Shown here: one piece after another, positions 1 through 9,429 of the stretch | Numbering within the stretch: position 1 is the first letter of the stretch | Layout: each line of letters starts with the position of its first letter | Sequence record: SRR22947725_940 | Strand: one strand, 5' to 3' | Length of the DNA stretch: 39,563 nucleotides | The notes under the pieces: model-generated | Seen by the model: the letters and a program-made list of their open reading frames with translations, nothing else | Databases searched by the model: none | What the model was told of the DNA's origin: nothing | Program-made: the position numbers and the translations under genes

Positions 1-68
1 TGGTAGACGCGCTGGCTTCAGGTGCCAGTGCCCGCAAGGGCGTAGGGGTTCAAGTCCCCTCTCGCGCA
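1..68 (+). tRNA. tRNA-Leu (anticodon CAG), 5' end outside the window
   Basis: D-loop TGGTAGAC; anticodon arm CTGGC-TTCAGGT-GCCAG; long variable arm GCCC-GCAA-GGGC; T arm AGGGG-TTCAAGT-CCCCT; acceptor 3' strand CTCGCGC plus discriminator A; CCA not encoded. Confidence 0.95.
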
Positions 69-76
69 CAAAAAAA

Positions 77-916
77 TCAGGCTGAATTCTTTCTCGTGGG
101 CCCTCGCCCACGGAAAGTCTTCATCGCCTTATTGATGCCGAAAGCGTCCGCCAATAAGTCAAACACTACGGTTGGCAACAGCCTGAAGATCCTGACGCTG
201 TAGACCATTCCGGGCAGGAACAACTCCCTCTTACGCGATTCAATCGCGTCAAGAATCTTGGTGGTGCTGAGGTGTTGGTCTTGAATAGGCAGCAACGGCG
301 AACCTGACTTCACCCCGTCAAACATCCCGGTGTTGATATAGAACGGGCACACGGTCAGCGTGCTCACACCGCTTGAGTCACCGCGCAACTCAGCGCGCAG
401 TGATTCGGTGAAGCCGACCGCTGCAAACTTACTGCCGGCATAATCGGTTTGGGTTGCAGAGCCTGCCAATCCTCCGGCGCTCGCGATCGTTACGAGGCGA
501 CCGGAATCCCTCTTTTTCATCGCGGGTAGAAAGGCTTGAAGTGTCCAATACAGCCCGAGGGTGTTCACCGCATACGTTGTCGTGATGTCTTTCTCTGTGA
601 GATCAAGGAAGCGCTTGCCAGAAATCACCCCGGCGTTATTGATGACCACATCGGGAACACCAGCGTTGGTGACAACCTTCTTTGCGGTCGCCATCACGCT
701 GTCCCGGTCAGAAATATCGACCACAAAGGGGTGCGCCTTCGCTCCGAGCGCCTCTATTTCGGCGGATACCGCAGCGAGGGCTTTTTCATTCAGGTCCCAC
801 AACACCACGGCGGCGGCCCCCCTTTTGGCGGCGCCCAGCGCCATCAATCGACCAATACCGCTTGCGGCACCGGTCACAACAGGGGTGCTGCCGGAAAAAG
901 AAAAAACGTTGGCCAT
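77..916 (-). CDS. Classical short-chain dehydrogenase/reductase (17beta-HSD XI / retinol dehydrogenase-like subgroup)
   Basis: TGAASGIG Rossmann motif, NNAG, catalytic YAGSK (YxxxK), CPFYINTGMF. Confidence 0.9.
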   Translation of the reverse strand: MANVFSFSGSTPVVTGAASGIGRLMALGAAKRGAAAVVLWDLNEKALAAVSAEIEALGAKAHPFVVDISDRDSVMATAKKVVTNAGVPDVVINNAGVISGKRFLDLTEKDITTTYAVNTLGLYWTLQAFLPAMKKRDSGRLVTIASAGGLAGSATQTDYAGSKFAAVGFTESLRAELRGDSSGVSTLTVCPFYINTGMFDGVKSGSPLLPIQDQHLSTTKILDAIESRKRELFLPGMVYSVRIFRLLPTVVFDLLADAFGINKAMKTFRGRGPTRKNSA

Positions 917-921
917 GATCT

Positions 922-2493
922 TTAGTCCCGTCCTGGCAAGAACTTGAGCAACTTCAAGCCCTTGACCATAGTGCTGGCGAAGGTCCCCGAGCTCATGCCC
1001 GGAGGTGGTGCAATATTCATCCCGCGCTGGGTGGCAACAGCCTGAGGGTTGGTGTATTTGACGATACCTTCTCGGCCGTGTCGTCGGCCAACCCCTGACT
1101 CTTTGAAACCACCCATCGGCGCATCGGTGGAAGCCCAGGAAGCGGTGAATCCCTCATTCACGTTGACGCTTCCGGCTTCGATGCGTTTGGCCACCGCCTG
1201 AGCTCGTTTCCGACTGCCCCACACGCTGGCGTTCAACCCATAGCGGGTGTCATTGGCGAGAGCGACCGCCTCGTCATCGGTGCTGAAGCGATACAGGGAC
1301 ACGACGGGGCCAAAGGTTTCACCCCGACAGAGCGCCATAGCCTCGGTGACATTTTCCAACAGTGTCGGTTCGAAAGCGAAGGGCGCGATGTCGGGCCTGG
1401 CCGAGCCACCAGCCAGCACGGTGGCACCGTGTGCGACCGCGTCCTGGACGTGTCCGACGACTTTGTCGAGCTGTTCCTGAGAAATCAGGCACCCCATGTC
1501 GTAGGAAAAATCGAGGGCGGTTCCGAGCTTCATATTGTTCACTGCCTCCCGAAAGGCGGGAACAAAGGTGTCATAGATCGTGTCTTGCACGTAAAGACGC
1601 TCGATCGACACACACAACTGCCCGGCGTTGGAGAAGCTGGCGGCAAGGGCTCCCTGGAGCGCTCGATCAAGAGGGGCGTCATCCAAGACAATCATGGGGT
1701 TCTTTCCGCCCAGTTCTGCAGCGAAGCCAATCAACCGCCTGCCACACGCCTCGGCGACGATCTTGCCGGTGGCGGTAGACCCGGTGAACATGACAAAGTC
1801 AGCGTTGTCGATGATGGCGCCCCCGACCAGGGGACCATCACCCAACACCACTTGAAAAAGATCTTTCGGAAGACCCGCATCAACCAGGAGCGAAATCGCT
1901 GCGAGAGCGCTGAAAGGGGCTTGAGCATCAGGCTTCAACACGATGGCGTTTCCTGCCAGCAGAGCGGGCAAAGCATCGGTGATAGGCAACGTGAGTGGAT
2001 AGTTCCAAGGGGTGATCATTCCCACCACACCTTTGGGCCAGTAGTACTCTTTCGCGCTGGTGACGAAGGGTAAAGCACCCTGGCGGCGCCTGGGTGCTAG
2101 GTGTCGCCTGGCACTGTTGGCGGAGTAGCGAGAGTTCAAAGCAATGTCAGCCACTTCGTCAAAGGCGCTGGCGCGGGATTTACCCGTTTCCGTTTGCACG
2201 ACATCGAGCAGCACGCTGCGGTGATCGAGAATAAGGTCGTGGAATCTTCGCACAAGTGCGGTTCGCTCCCGCAGGGGACGTTTCGCCCAAATTAATTGGG
2301 CACTCCTAGCAAGGGCGAAGGCCTCTTCAACATCAGAGCGAGCGCAGGAGGGCAATTCGGCTATCAGGGAACCGTTATGAGGCTGGAAATGCTTCTGGGC
2401 AGTGGAACCGGGGTAAATGAGCCCCTTCCAGCGCTCCAGGTGCTCGGCAAAGGGCAGGGCTGTGGTGGTGGAGGAAACTTCGGTCGGCGTCAT
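922..2493 (-). CDS. gabD2: NAD(P)+-dependent aldehyde dehydrogenase, succinate-semialdehyde dehydrogenase GabD2-like
   Basis: ITPWNYP, FTGST, ELGGKNP, catalytic GQLC, ETFGP, MGGFKESG; start placed at ATG 2493 (MTPTE) rather than the ORF-track 2538. Confidence 0.8.
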   Translation of the reverse strand: MTPTEVSSTTTALPFAEHLERWKGLIYPGSTAQKHFQPHNGSLIAELPSCARSDVEEAFALARSAQLIWAKRPLRERTALVRRFHDLILDHRSVLLDVVQTETGKSRASAFDEVADIALNSRYSANSARRHLAPRRRQGALPFVTSAKEYYWPKGVVGMITPWNYPLTLPITDALPALLAGNAIVLKPDAQAPFSALAAISLLVDAGLPKDLFQVVLGDGPLVGGAIIDNADFVMFTGSTATGKIVAEACGRRLIGFAAELGGKNPMIVLDDAPLDRALQGALAASFSNAGQLCVSIERLYVQDTIYDTFVPAFREAVNNMKLGTALDFSYDMGCLISQEQLDKVVGHVQDAVAHGATVLAGGSARPDIAPFAFEPTLLENVTEAMALCRGETFGPVVSLYRFSTDDEAVALANDTRYGLNASVWGSRKRAQAVAKRIEAGSVNVNEGFTASWASTDAPMGGFKESGVGRRHGREGIVKYTNPQAVATQRGMNIAPPPGMSSGTFASTMVKGLKLLKFLPGRD

Positions 2494-2578
2494 GCCCCTA
2501 TCGTTGCAAGAAATTCTGGGTTCGGGGGAAAATCTCATATTTTCTCGCTACCGTGGGGGAGACCCAGAAGGAGTCATC

Positions 2579-2809
2579 GTGTCGAAATACACCCTTGAAG
2601 TGGTGGGAATGACCTGCGATCACTGCGTGCAAGCTGTCACAAAGGAAGTTGGTGCGCTTGCTGAAGTAACTGATGTCGCCATCACCCTCGATACAACCGG
2701 GCCCTCCACGGTGACCGTTAACGCCACTGCGGAGATTAGTGCAGATAGTTTGCGCCAGGCTGTCCGCGATGCTGGGTATGAAACCGTGGGGGAGATTTCT
2801 GGGCTGTGA
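2579..2809 (+). CDS. copZ: Heavy-metal-associated (HMA) copper chaperone, CopZ-like
   Basis: GMTCDHC motif, C-terminal AGY; GTG 2579 preceded by AAGGAG; stop overlaps the copA start (GTGA). Confidence 0.88.
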   Translation: MSKYTLEVVGMTCDHCVQAVTKEVGALAEVTDVAITLDTTGPSTVTVNATAEISADSLRQAVRDAGYETVGEISGL

Positions 2810-5010
2810 GCACTGTCATCCAGCTTGATATCGAGGGAATGACCTGCGCTTCCTGCGCCACGCGGATTGAGAAAGCGCTCAACAAGGTCGAAGGCGCTGA
2901 GGCAAGCGTCAACTATGCAACGGAACGCGCCACTATTCTGAGTGATTCTTCTCCCCTCGAGGCGCTCATTCAGGTGGTTCAGTCCACCGGGTATGAAGCT
3001 AGTGAGCATGGCGATCGGCCCAGTAGCGCAGAAGGGCGCTCGCCGTTGGTCACGCGACTTGTGGTTTCTGCGCTCGTAAGCGTGCCGCTGATGGTCGTGT
3101 CGATGATTCCCGCTCTGCAATTTATTGGGTGGCAGTGGGTCGTGACCGTCTTGGCTCTGCCCATTGCGACCTGGGGGGCGTGGCCCTTCCATAAGGCGGC
3201 TGGCCTCAACCTCCGGCACGGTGTCGTCACCATGGACACGCTTATTTCGCTCGGGATTACGGCCGCCACTGGGTGGTCGCTCTATGCACTGTTCTTTGGC
3301 GGAGCTGGTGAACTGGGCATGACGATGACACTGACACTCATTGGTACACACGACCAAGCCGGGGCCGAGATATATCTGGAGGTCGCAGCTGCCCTTACGA
3401 CCTTTATGTTGATGGGGCGATATCTTGAATACCGCGCCAAGCGCGAAGCAGGAGCAGCGTTGAGAGCACTGTTAGAGTCGGGCGCCGCGGAGGCCACGGT
3501 TCTTCGCGACGGGGTGGAAAAAGTTGTTCCGATCGCCTTGGTGAGGGTCTCAGATCACTTGGTGGTGCGACCGGGAGAGCGCATTCCCACGGATGGTGAA
3601 GTCCTCGAAGGATCGGCCGCCATTGACACCTCGATGATGACGGGTGAATCCGTGCCGCGTGATGTTGTGGTCGGTGACACGGTCTGGGGTGGAACCATCA
3701 ACGTGACCGGATTCTTGCGAATGCAGGCCACCAGGGTTGGCGCCGAAACGGAATTAGCCCGAATGGCATCGCTGGTCGAGGCTGCGCAGCAGGGGAAGTC
3801 GGCCAGCCAAAGGCTCGCAGACCGAGTGTCCTCTGTCTTTGTGCCCATCGTTATTGTCTTGTCCCTTCTCACGCTTGCGGGGTGGCTTCTCGCTGGGGCT
3901 TCAGCAGACTTTGCGTTCCAAGCGGCAGTGGCAACCGTGATCATTGCGTGTCCCTGTGCCTTGGGCTTAGCCACCCCCACCGCCCTTCTTGTGGGAACAG
4001 GCAGAGGCGCTCAACTAGGACTCCTTATTCGTGGACCCGAAGTCATCGAGAAAAGTCGCTCGCTGGACACGATCATTGTGGATAAGACGGGAACCCTGAC
4101 GACAGGGGCCATGGAGGTTAGTGCGGTCATGAGCGCTGCAGGAGCCAGCGAGAGCGACGTTCTGGACCTGGCCCTGTCGCTCGAGCGGGGATCAGAGCAT
4201 CCGATTGGCCGGGCGATAGTCGCCCACGCAGCGGAGCGCGAGTCAACCGAGCGAGCGATTACCAATTTTGTGGCGCGAATTGGGTTGGGGGTTGAGGGGC
4301 AACAGGACGGGGTGTCGGTGTCTGCGGGAACCCCCGAGTGGGTGCACGAGCGTGACATCAGTATTGACGACCCTCTGCAGTCCGCTCTTGATCAGCAACG
4401 CCTGGCCGGTTCCACGGTGGTCGTGATTACACGGGGCGATTCTGCTGTGGGAGCAATTGCTCTCTCTGACACCCTTCGTGCCACCAGCGCCCGCGCTATC
4501 CAAGAGCTCACCGCCCTCGGACTGACACCCATTTTGGCCAGCGGCGATCACGATGTGGTTGCTCAGCACGTTGCCAAAGCGGTGGGGGTTGACCGAGTCT
4601 TTAGCGCGATGACACCTGAGGGTAAAGCCACCCTCATTACCGAGCTGCAATCGCAAGGCCACACGGTGGCGATGGTCGGAGATGGGATCAATGACGCTCC
4701 CGGTCTAGCCACCGCCGATGTCGGGATTGCGATGGGTAGCGGCAGCGACGCGGCGATGACGGCTGGGGACATCACTATTGTCCAAGGCGATATTCTCGCG
4801 GTGTCCGATGGAATCCGACTATCGAGGCGCACCCTCCGCACCATCCAGGCCAATCTTTTTTGGGCTTTTGCCTACAACGTTGCGGCAATTCCCCTGGCAA
4901 TGGCGGGTCTATTGAATCCTTTGCTGGCTGGATTGGCCATGGCGTTGTCCTCGGTGTTCGTGGTCAGTAATTCTCTGCGGCTTCGCCGCTTTCGCCCCAC
5001 CACACAGTAG
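2806..5010 (+). CDS. copA: Cu(+)-translocating P1B-type ATPase
   Basis: N-terminal GMTCASC, TGES, CPC in a TM helix, DKTGT, SEHP, GDGINDAP, YN and MALSS motifs typical of P1B-1. Confidence 0.93.
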   Translation: MSTVIQLDIEGMTCASCATRIEKALNKVEGAEASVNYATERATILSDSSPLEALIQVVQSTGYEASEHGDRPSSAEGRSPLVTRLVVSALVSVPLMVVSMIPALQFIGWQWVVTVLALPIATWGAWPFHKAAGLNLRHGVVTMDTLISLGITAATGWSLYALFFGGAGELGMTMTLTLIGTHDQAGAEIYLEVAAALTTFMLMGRYLEYRAKREAGAALRALLESGAAEATVLRDGVEKVVPIALVRVSDHLVVRPGERIPTDGEVLEGSAAIDTSMMTGESVPRDVVVGDTVWGGTINVTGFLRMQATRVGAETELARMASLVEAAQQGKSASQRLADRVSSVFVPIVIVLSLLTLAGWLLAGASADFAFQAAVATVIIACPCALGLATPTALLVGTGRGAQLGLLIRGPEVIEKSRSLDTIIVDKTGTLTTGAMEVSAVMSAAGASESDVLDLALSLERGSEHPIGRAIVAHAAERESTERAITNFVARIGLGVEGQQDGVSVSAGTPEWVHERDISIDDPLQSALDQQRLAGSTVVVITRGDSAVGAIALSDTLRATSARAIQELTALGLTPILASGDHDVVAQHVAKAVGVDRVFSAMTPEGKATLITELQSQGHTVAMVGDGINDAPGLATADVGIAMGSGSDAAMTAGDITIVQGDILAVSDGIRLSRRTLRTIQANLFWAFAYNVAAIPLAMAGLLNPLLAGLAMALSSVFVVSNSLRLRRFRPTTQ

Positions 5011-5539
5011 CGAGAGAGCTCTCCAACTCTCTCCTGTCAAGGCCTGGTTCAGTCCGGATTCTGCGCTGAAATTCGCGGCTAAAAAACGCTTCTCTGCGCA
5101 GGCTGGCCCAGTCGTAGATGAGAGCTAGAGGATCCGCGTGGGGCGCCCCCCCCTGTCGGTAGGTTCGTATCACCCCTGGAACTCCTAACGCCAGGAAGGC
5201 GACTCCGGCCAGACCCCCTGCTGGTATCCACCAGCCTGATAGTGCAAAAGGGGAGACAACGAGGGTAAAAAGCCCCAGAGCTGCCAGGGAAAACCAATGT
5301 CCCATAGCCCGCGCCGGCGCAGGAGCTCGGTTGCGAAAGAAAGAGAACCACGCGGTGCCATTTTCTTCCCACCACGGCCAGAACGCAGGAACCGGGGGAG
5401 CACCTGGATAGGGTTCCCAGTTCTCTGGTGGGATGACACCTTGGTGAAGGTCAATCCAGCGCGGGTGCGGAGTTCGCCACCCATCGGGCGGAGTGAATCG
5501 TAGCGGGAGAGCATCGAGGTCGATGGGCTCGAGAGTCAT
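4964..5539 (-). CDS. Hypothetical membrane protein with Pro/Trp-rich N-terminus and two TM helices
   Basis: Start overlaps the upstream MFS stop (ATGA at 5536-5539); two hydrophobic segments; 3' end overlaps the copA 3' end by 47 bp. Confidence 0.7.
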   Translation of the reverse strand: MTLEPIDLDALPLRFTPPDGWRTPHPRWIDLHQGVIPPENWEPYPGAPPVPAFWPWWEENGTAWFSFFRNRAPAPARAMGHWFSLAALGLFTLVVSPFALSGWWIPAGGLAGVAFLALGVPGVIRTYRQGGAPHADPLALIYDWASLRREAFFSREFQRRIRTEPGLDRRELESSLATVWWGESGEAAENY

Positions 5540-6837
5540 GACGCCAGTGACACCGGTGGTTTGATGAAGATGGCGGACATCGCAACCACTGCTGGCAGCA
5601 AGGCTCCCAGGAAACTCGCCAGAGCGTAGGAGCCGGTGAGGTTGTGGCCCACCGCGAAATACAACGGACCTAAGGCCGTGGAGGCGAGGATGATCGAGGT
5701 GGCAATTCCTCGGATGCTGCCAATGTGACCCCTGCCGTAGTAGCGCACGAATGCCGCTGCCTCAACACCGCGGAGCGCGCCCATTGCAGCTCCCAGAACT
5801 AAGCCAAAAATGATGGCGCTCACACCAGGAGAAACGAAGGGAACAAGGATCAGCGAACCAGCCATGGTGACCATGGAAGCGACAACGCCCCAGCGGGGGT
5901 CGATGCGGTCCACAATTGCTCCCAGCCCGAGGGTGGCAAGCAGTGCTGTCACTGTCTGGGGAATGAAGTTGGAGGCGGCTTCCAGCGGAGTCAGCCCTTG
6001 TTCGCCCAGAATCGAAATGAGGTGGAAGGACAACCCCGTGGACATCATTCCCACGGTGAAACCTGCGGCAGCAATCACCCAGAACATTCCGGTGCGAAGC
6101 GCCTGCGCCACGGTATGCCCCGACTCCGGGACAATCACAATGTGGGTCCCGGTGTCTGTTGTTAGGCGGGGCCGGTCTCTCGGTAGCGCCAGAGCAATCG
6201 GAATCACCACGAGGGCGACCAGTGCTGATTCAAGGCGCCAGGCAGTGGCGACGTCACTCCAGGCGATGACGCGCTCGACGGCAACAGGGGCGAGAGAAAT
6301 TCCAGCGGACCCCGCAGCACCCACGATGCCTAGGGCGAGCCCTGGCCGGTGGGTGACCGTCCGGGCGATTAAGGTCGTGGCGGCAAGGGATAGTGCCCCC
6401 TGACCGGTCATGCGCAAGCCCACGTAGGAGAAAGTCAGCCCAAGAATCTCGGTGATAAAACTGGCTCCCAGCAGAACCAGGCTCAGCACAATCCCAATCC
6501 ACAAGATGGTCCTTTTAGTGCCGTATTTATCCATCAACCTGCCAAGAATGGGCATTGTGGCAGCACCGGCGAGGGTGGCAATGAGGTAGCTCAGCGATAT
6601 CGCGGTGCGATCGATGGCCAAGTTTTCGAGCAAAGGGTCTGTGAAAGGGGAAAGCCCAGCAGTCTGGCCAGGGAACGTCATGGCAGTTAAAATTCCACCC
6701 GCTGACACCATCAGAATCCACCACAGGCGAGACGGCGGCTTCGTGGCGGAGACGTCTGGGGTGTCAACGGCAAGCGGTATTGACCCTGGCAGGGGCAGGG
6801 GCAGGGGAATTTCTCTTGTGGGTGGGTCTTGGCTCAT
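5536..6837 (-). CDS. MFS transporter
   Basis: About 12 hydrophobic segments; motif A GRLMDKYGTK and its repeat GAIVDRIDPR; start ATG 6837 overlaps the HAD stop. Confidence 0.88.
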   Translation of the reverse strand: MSQDPPTREIPLPLPLPGSIPLAVDTPDVSATKPPSRLWWILMVSAGGILTAMTFPGQTAGLSPFTDPLLENLAIDRTAISLSYLIATLAGAATMPILGRLMDKYGTKRTILWIGIVLSLVLLGASFITEILGLTFSYVGLRMTGQGALSLAATTLIARTVTHRPGLALGIVGAAGSAGISLAPVAVERVIAWSDVATAWRLESALVALVVIPIALALPRDRPRLTTDTGTHIVIVPESGHTVAQALRTGMFWVIAAAGFTVGMMSTGLSFHLISILGEQGLTPLEAASNFIPQTVTALLATLGLGAIVDRIDPRWGVVASMVTMAGSLILVPFVSPGVSAIIFGLVLGAAMGALRGVEAAAFVRYYGRGHIGSIRGIATSIILASTALGPLYFAVGHNLTGSYALASFLGALLPAVVAMSAIFIKPPVSLAS

Positions 6838-7502
6838 CGGTGTGACCCGGGAACACCTAGGAGCTCGTGCAGCTGTCGGGGAGTGTCCACCACGCGGTGG
6901 GCCTGGTCCCATTCGGCTGGCCCGCCATAACCCCAGCGCACCAGGATGGTGTCGATGCCATGGACTCTGGCCCCTTCAACGTCATGGATTCGATCTCCAA
7001 CCATAATCACGTTGTCCGTGGGTAACCCCTTGTCCCGGAGGCCTCGGAGGGCGTCTTCAATGACTTCGTGTTTGGCCCCCCGCGATTCGTCATCTGCAGC
7101 GCAGCAAATGACATCGAAATGACGCGACAGCGTGAAGTGCTCCAACATGATGGTCGCTGAGGTGGTGGGCTTAGAGGTTGCCACCGCCAAGTTCGCGCCA
7201 GCCTCCTTGGCGTTGCGGAGGAACTCGCCCATGCCATCGAAGACTCGGGAATCAAAAACGCCATAATCGATGTAGTGCGAGCGGAAGACCTGAATCGCCT
7301 CACTGGTCCGCGCAGGGCTAAAGCCCGCCCGCTTTTCAAAAGATTCCGGTAGCGGTGGACCTACCCACCGCAGGAGTTCCTTCATGTCGGGGACAGGTTC
7401 ACCCAGTTCGCGAAGCGTTTGCGCAATGGTCGACACTACGCCCGGTGCTGAGTCGACCATGGTTCCATCGAGATCCAAAAGGATGGTGGGGTAGGTCAGC
7501 AC
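6834..7502 (-). CDS. HAD-superfamily hydrolase (phosphoglycolate phosphatase / 5'-nucleotidase-like)
   Basis: DLDGT motif I, ATSK motif II, MVGDRIHD motif IV. Confidence 0.9.
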   Translation of the reverse strand: MLTYPTILLDLDGTMVDSAPGVVSTIAQTLRELGEPVPDMKELLRWVGPPLPESFEKRAGFSPARTSEAIQVFRSHYIDYGVFDSRVFDGMGEFLRNAKEAGANLAVATSKPTTSATIMLEHFTLSRHFDVICCAADDESRGAKHEVIEDALRGLRDKGLPTDNVIMVGDRIHDVEGARVHGIDTILVRWGYGGPAEWDQAHRVVDTPRQLHELLGVPGSHR

Positions 7503-7525
7503 TACAAAATCCTAGGGGACGAGCT

Positions 7526-8221
7526 CTAGAACAATCTCTCCGACGCGTTGTCAAGACCGCGCATGTGGTCATAGTCCAAGACCAAGCAGGCAATCCCTCG
7601 GTCCTCGGCCAGCGTCCGCGCTTGGGGCTTAATTTCTTGGGCAGCGTATACCCCTCGGACCGGAGCGAGGAGGGGGTCGCGGTTGAGCAGTTCCAAATAC
7701 CGCGTGAGCTGCTCGACGCCGTCGATATCACCGCGCCGCTTGATTTCGATGGCGATGGATTGACCCTGCGAATCGGTGGCGAGAATATCGACGGGCCCAA
7801 TCGCGGTCATATATTCCCGCTTCACAAGAGCGACGCCCTCGCCGACGATTTCGATTTGCTCGGCCAAGAGTTTCTGCAAATCTGATTCGACGCCATCTTT
7901 AATCAGCCCGGGGTCGCTACCCAGTTCTCTGGAAGTGTCTTCGTGGATTTCGTGAATGTTAACCACGAGGATGTCCGACGTTTTCTGGTGGATGACCTTC
8001 CAGGTCTCCACCACCCCCGCTTCTTTCTGGGCGTCTTCTGGGGCGAGGGTTTCGAACGTACACGGCGGGGCCATCCAGTTCAGAGGTTTATAGCTGCCGC
8101 CATCGGAGTGGATGAGGACACTGCCATCGCTTTTGAGCATGATCACTCGGGTGGCAAGCGGGAGATGAGCGCTCAGCCTGCCGGCGTAATCCACAGAGCA
8201 GGTTGCAATAACGAGGCGCAC
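7526..8221 (-). CDS. nucS: Mismatch-specific endonuclease NucS/EndoMS
   Basis: [22 protein letters not shown]-terminus, [30 protein letters not shown] nuclease motifs. Confidence 0.96.
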   Translation of the reverse strand: MRLVIATCSVDYAGRLSAHLPLATRVIMLKSDGSVLIHSDGGSYKPLNWMAPPCTFETLAPEDAQKEAGVVETWKVIHQKTSDILVVNIHEIHEDTSRELGSDPGLIKDGVESDLQKLLAEQIEIVGEGVALVKREYMTAIGPVDILATDSQGQSIAIEIKRRGDIDGVEQLTRYLELLNRDPLLAPVRGVYAAQEIKPQARTLAEDRGIACLVLDYDHMRGLDNASERLF

Positions 8222-8232
8222 AGGGAAACAGT

Positions 8233-9429
8233 CTAGCCAGCGGCACTTGTGCGGGGTTTGGCAGCGGGCGAGGCCAGGAGAGACACCACCACCATGACAA
8301 CAACAACCCAGAGAGCCCCCAAGAGACCCACCTGAGATCCAATTCCGCCGATCAGGGGGGGACCAATCAAGAAGGCGCCATAGGCGAGCGTTGCTACTGC
8401 GCTGACGCGCGCGGCACCTCCGCGGGGGTTATCCGCAGCAGCAGACATTGCCACCGGGAAGCCCAACGAGCTTCCTATTCCCCACAAGATCGTCCCCACG
8501 GCACTGAGTCCCAGGTGGGGAATAAGGATCACCATGGCAAGCCCGGTCACGGCCAACACAGCGGAGGCTTGTAATACGGGGACTCGCCCAAAGCGGTCCA
8601 ACACCCACACCCCGCCAATGCGGCCGGCCATCATGCCAGCAGTGAAGAAGCCAAACCACAGAGCGCCCGTGGCGTTACTGACGTCCCTGCCATCGACCAT
8701 GGCCAGCGCCAGCCAATCATTGGCGGATCCCTCGGCGAAAGCCATCCCCAAGGCAATCAAGCCGATGGCGATTGTGCGTGGTTCTTTCCACACCGCTAGA
8801 CGTTCACGAAGCGTGGTGGCGCTATTCCCCCCACCCTCGCTGTCTCTGCTGTCATCGCTGAGGTAACGGGACACAAAAAGGAGGAGGGCTGTCAATAACA
8901 TCCCGATGGCGGCGGCATGAGCGGCAAGCCCAACGCCAAGGAAGCTGGCTAGGGCTGCGAGCCCAGCTCCGGTGACCGTACCGAGTGACCAAAAAGCATG
9001 GAACCACGGCATCACGTTGCGGGCTATGGTGCGTTCGAGAGCCGCCCCCTCCACATTCATTGCCACATCAGCAATCCCGTTTCCGGCTCCGGCAGCGATG
9101 ATGGCCACCAGCGTCACGGTATAGCTGGAGAACCAGGTGCTGCCCCAGCCGATGCCTACGAGCCCGGCGATCCCGAGGAGCCCAAAAAACACGATGGTGT
9201 TGCGTTGCCCCACCCAGGCAATGATGTGGCTGGAAAAAGCAAGACCGCTGACGGCGCCGAGTGCTCCAGTGAACAAGAGAGCGGCAACCTCTGATGTGCT
9301 GAGCCCTAAGCCATCTCGGATGGCGGGAACTCGAGCAAGCCACGTGGAAAAACCTAAACCGTTGATCAGGAAGACGACAAAGAGGGCGTTTCTCCAGGAT
9401 TGGGCCGAAGGGGTCTTAGCGCTTTTCAC
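8233..9429 (-). CDS. MFS transporter (sugar/fucose permease-like)
   Basis: About 12 TM segments; [35 protein letters not shown] motifs. Confidence 0.88.
   Translation of the reverse strand: MKSAKTPSAQSWRNALFVVFLINGLGFSTWLARVPAIRDGLGLSTSEVAALLFTGALGAVSGLAFSSHIIAWVGQRNTIVFFGLLGIAGLVGIGWGSTWFSSYTVTLVAIIAAGAGNGIADVAMNVEGAALERTIARNVMPWFHAFWSLGTVTGAGLAALASFLGVGLAAHAAAIGMLLTALLLFVSRYLSDDSRDSEGGGNSATTLRERLAVWKEPRTIAIGLIALGMAFAEGSANDWLALAMVDGRDVSNATGALWFGFFTAGMMAGRIGGVWVLDRFGRVPVLQASAVLAVTGLAMVILIPHLGLSAVGTILWGIGSSLGFPVAMSAAADNPRGGAARVSAVATLAYGAFLIGPPLIGGIGSQVGLLGALWVVVVMVVVSLLASPAAKPRTSAAG

Noticed and set aside
2549..2563. TACCGTGGGGGAGAC upstream of copZ as a CsoR operator
   Set aside because: It has TACC and a G-tract but lacks the closing GGTA half-site, and no csoR gene is in the window; too weak to call
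6788..6807. (GGCAGG)x3 G-rich tandem repeat
   Set aside because: Encodes the PLPLPLP stretch in the MFS N-terminal tail; hexamer unit, so it cannot cause phase-variable frameshifts
7526..8221. NucS nuclease as a defence system
   Set aside because: It is the standard actinobacterial non-canonical mismatch-repair enzyme in a housekeeping context
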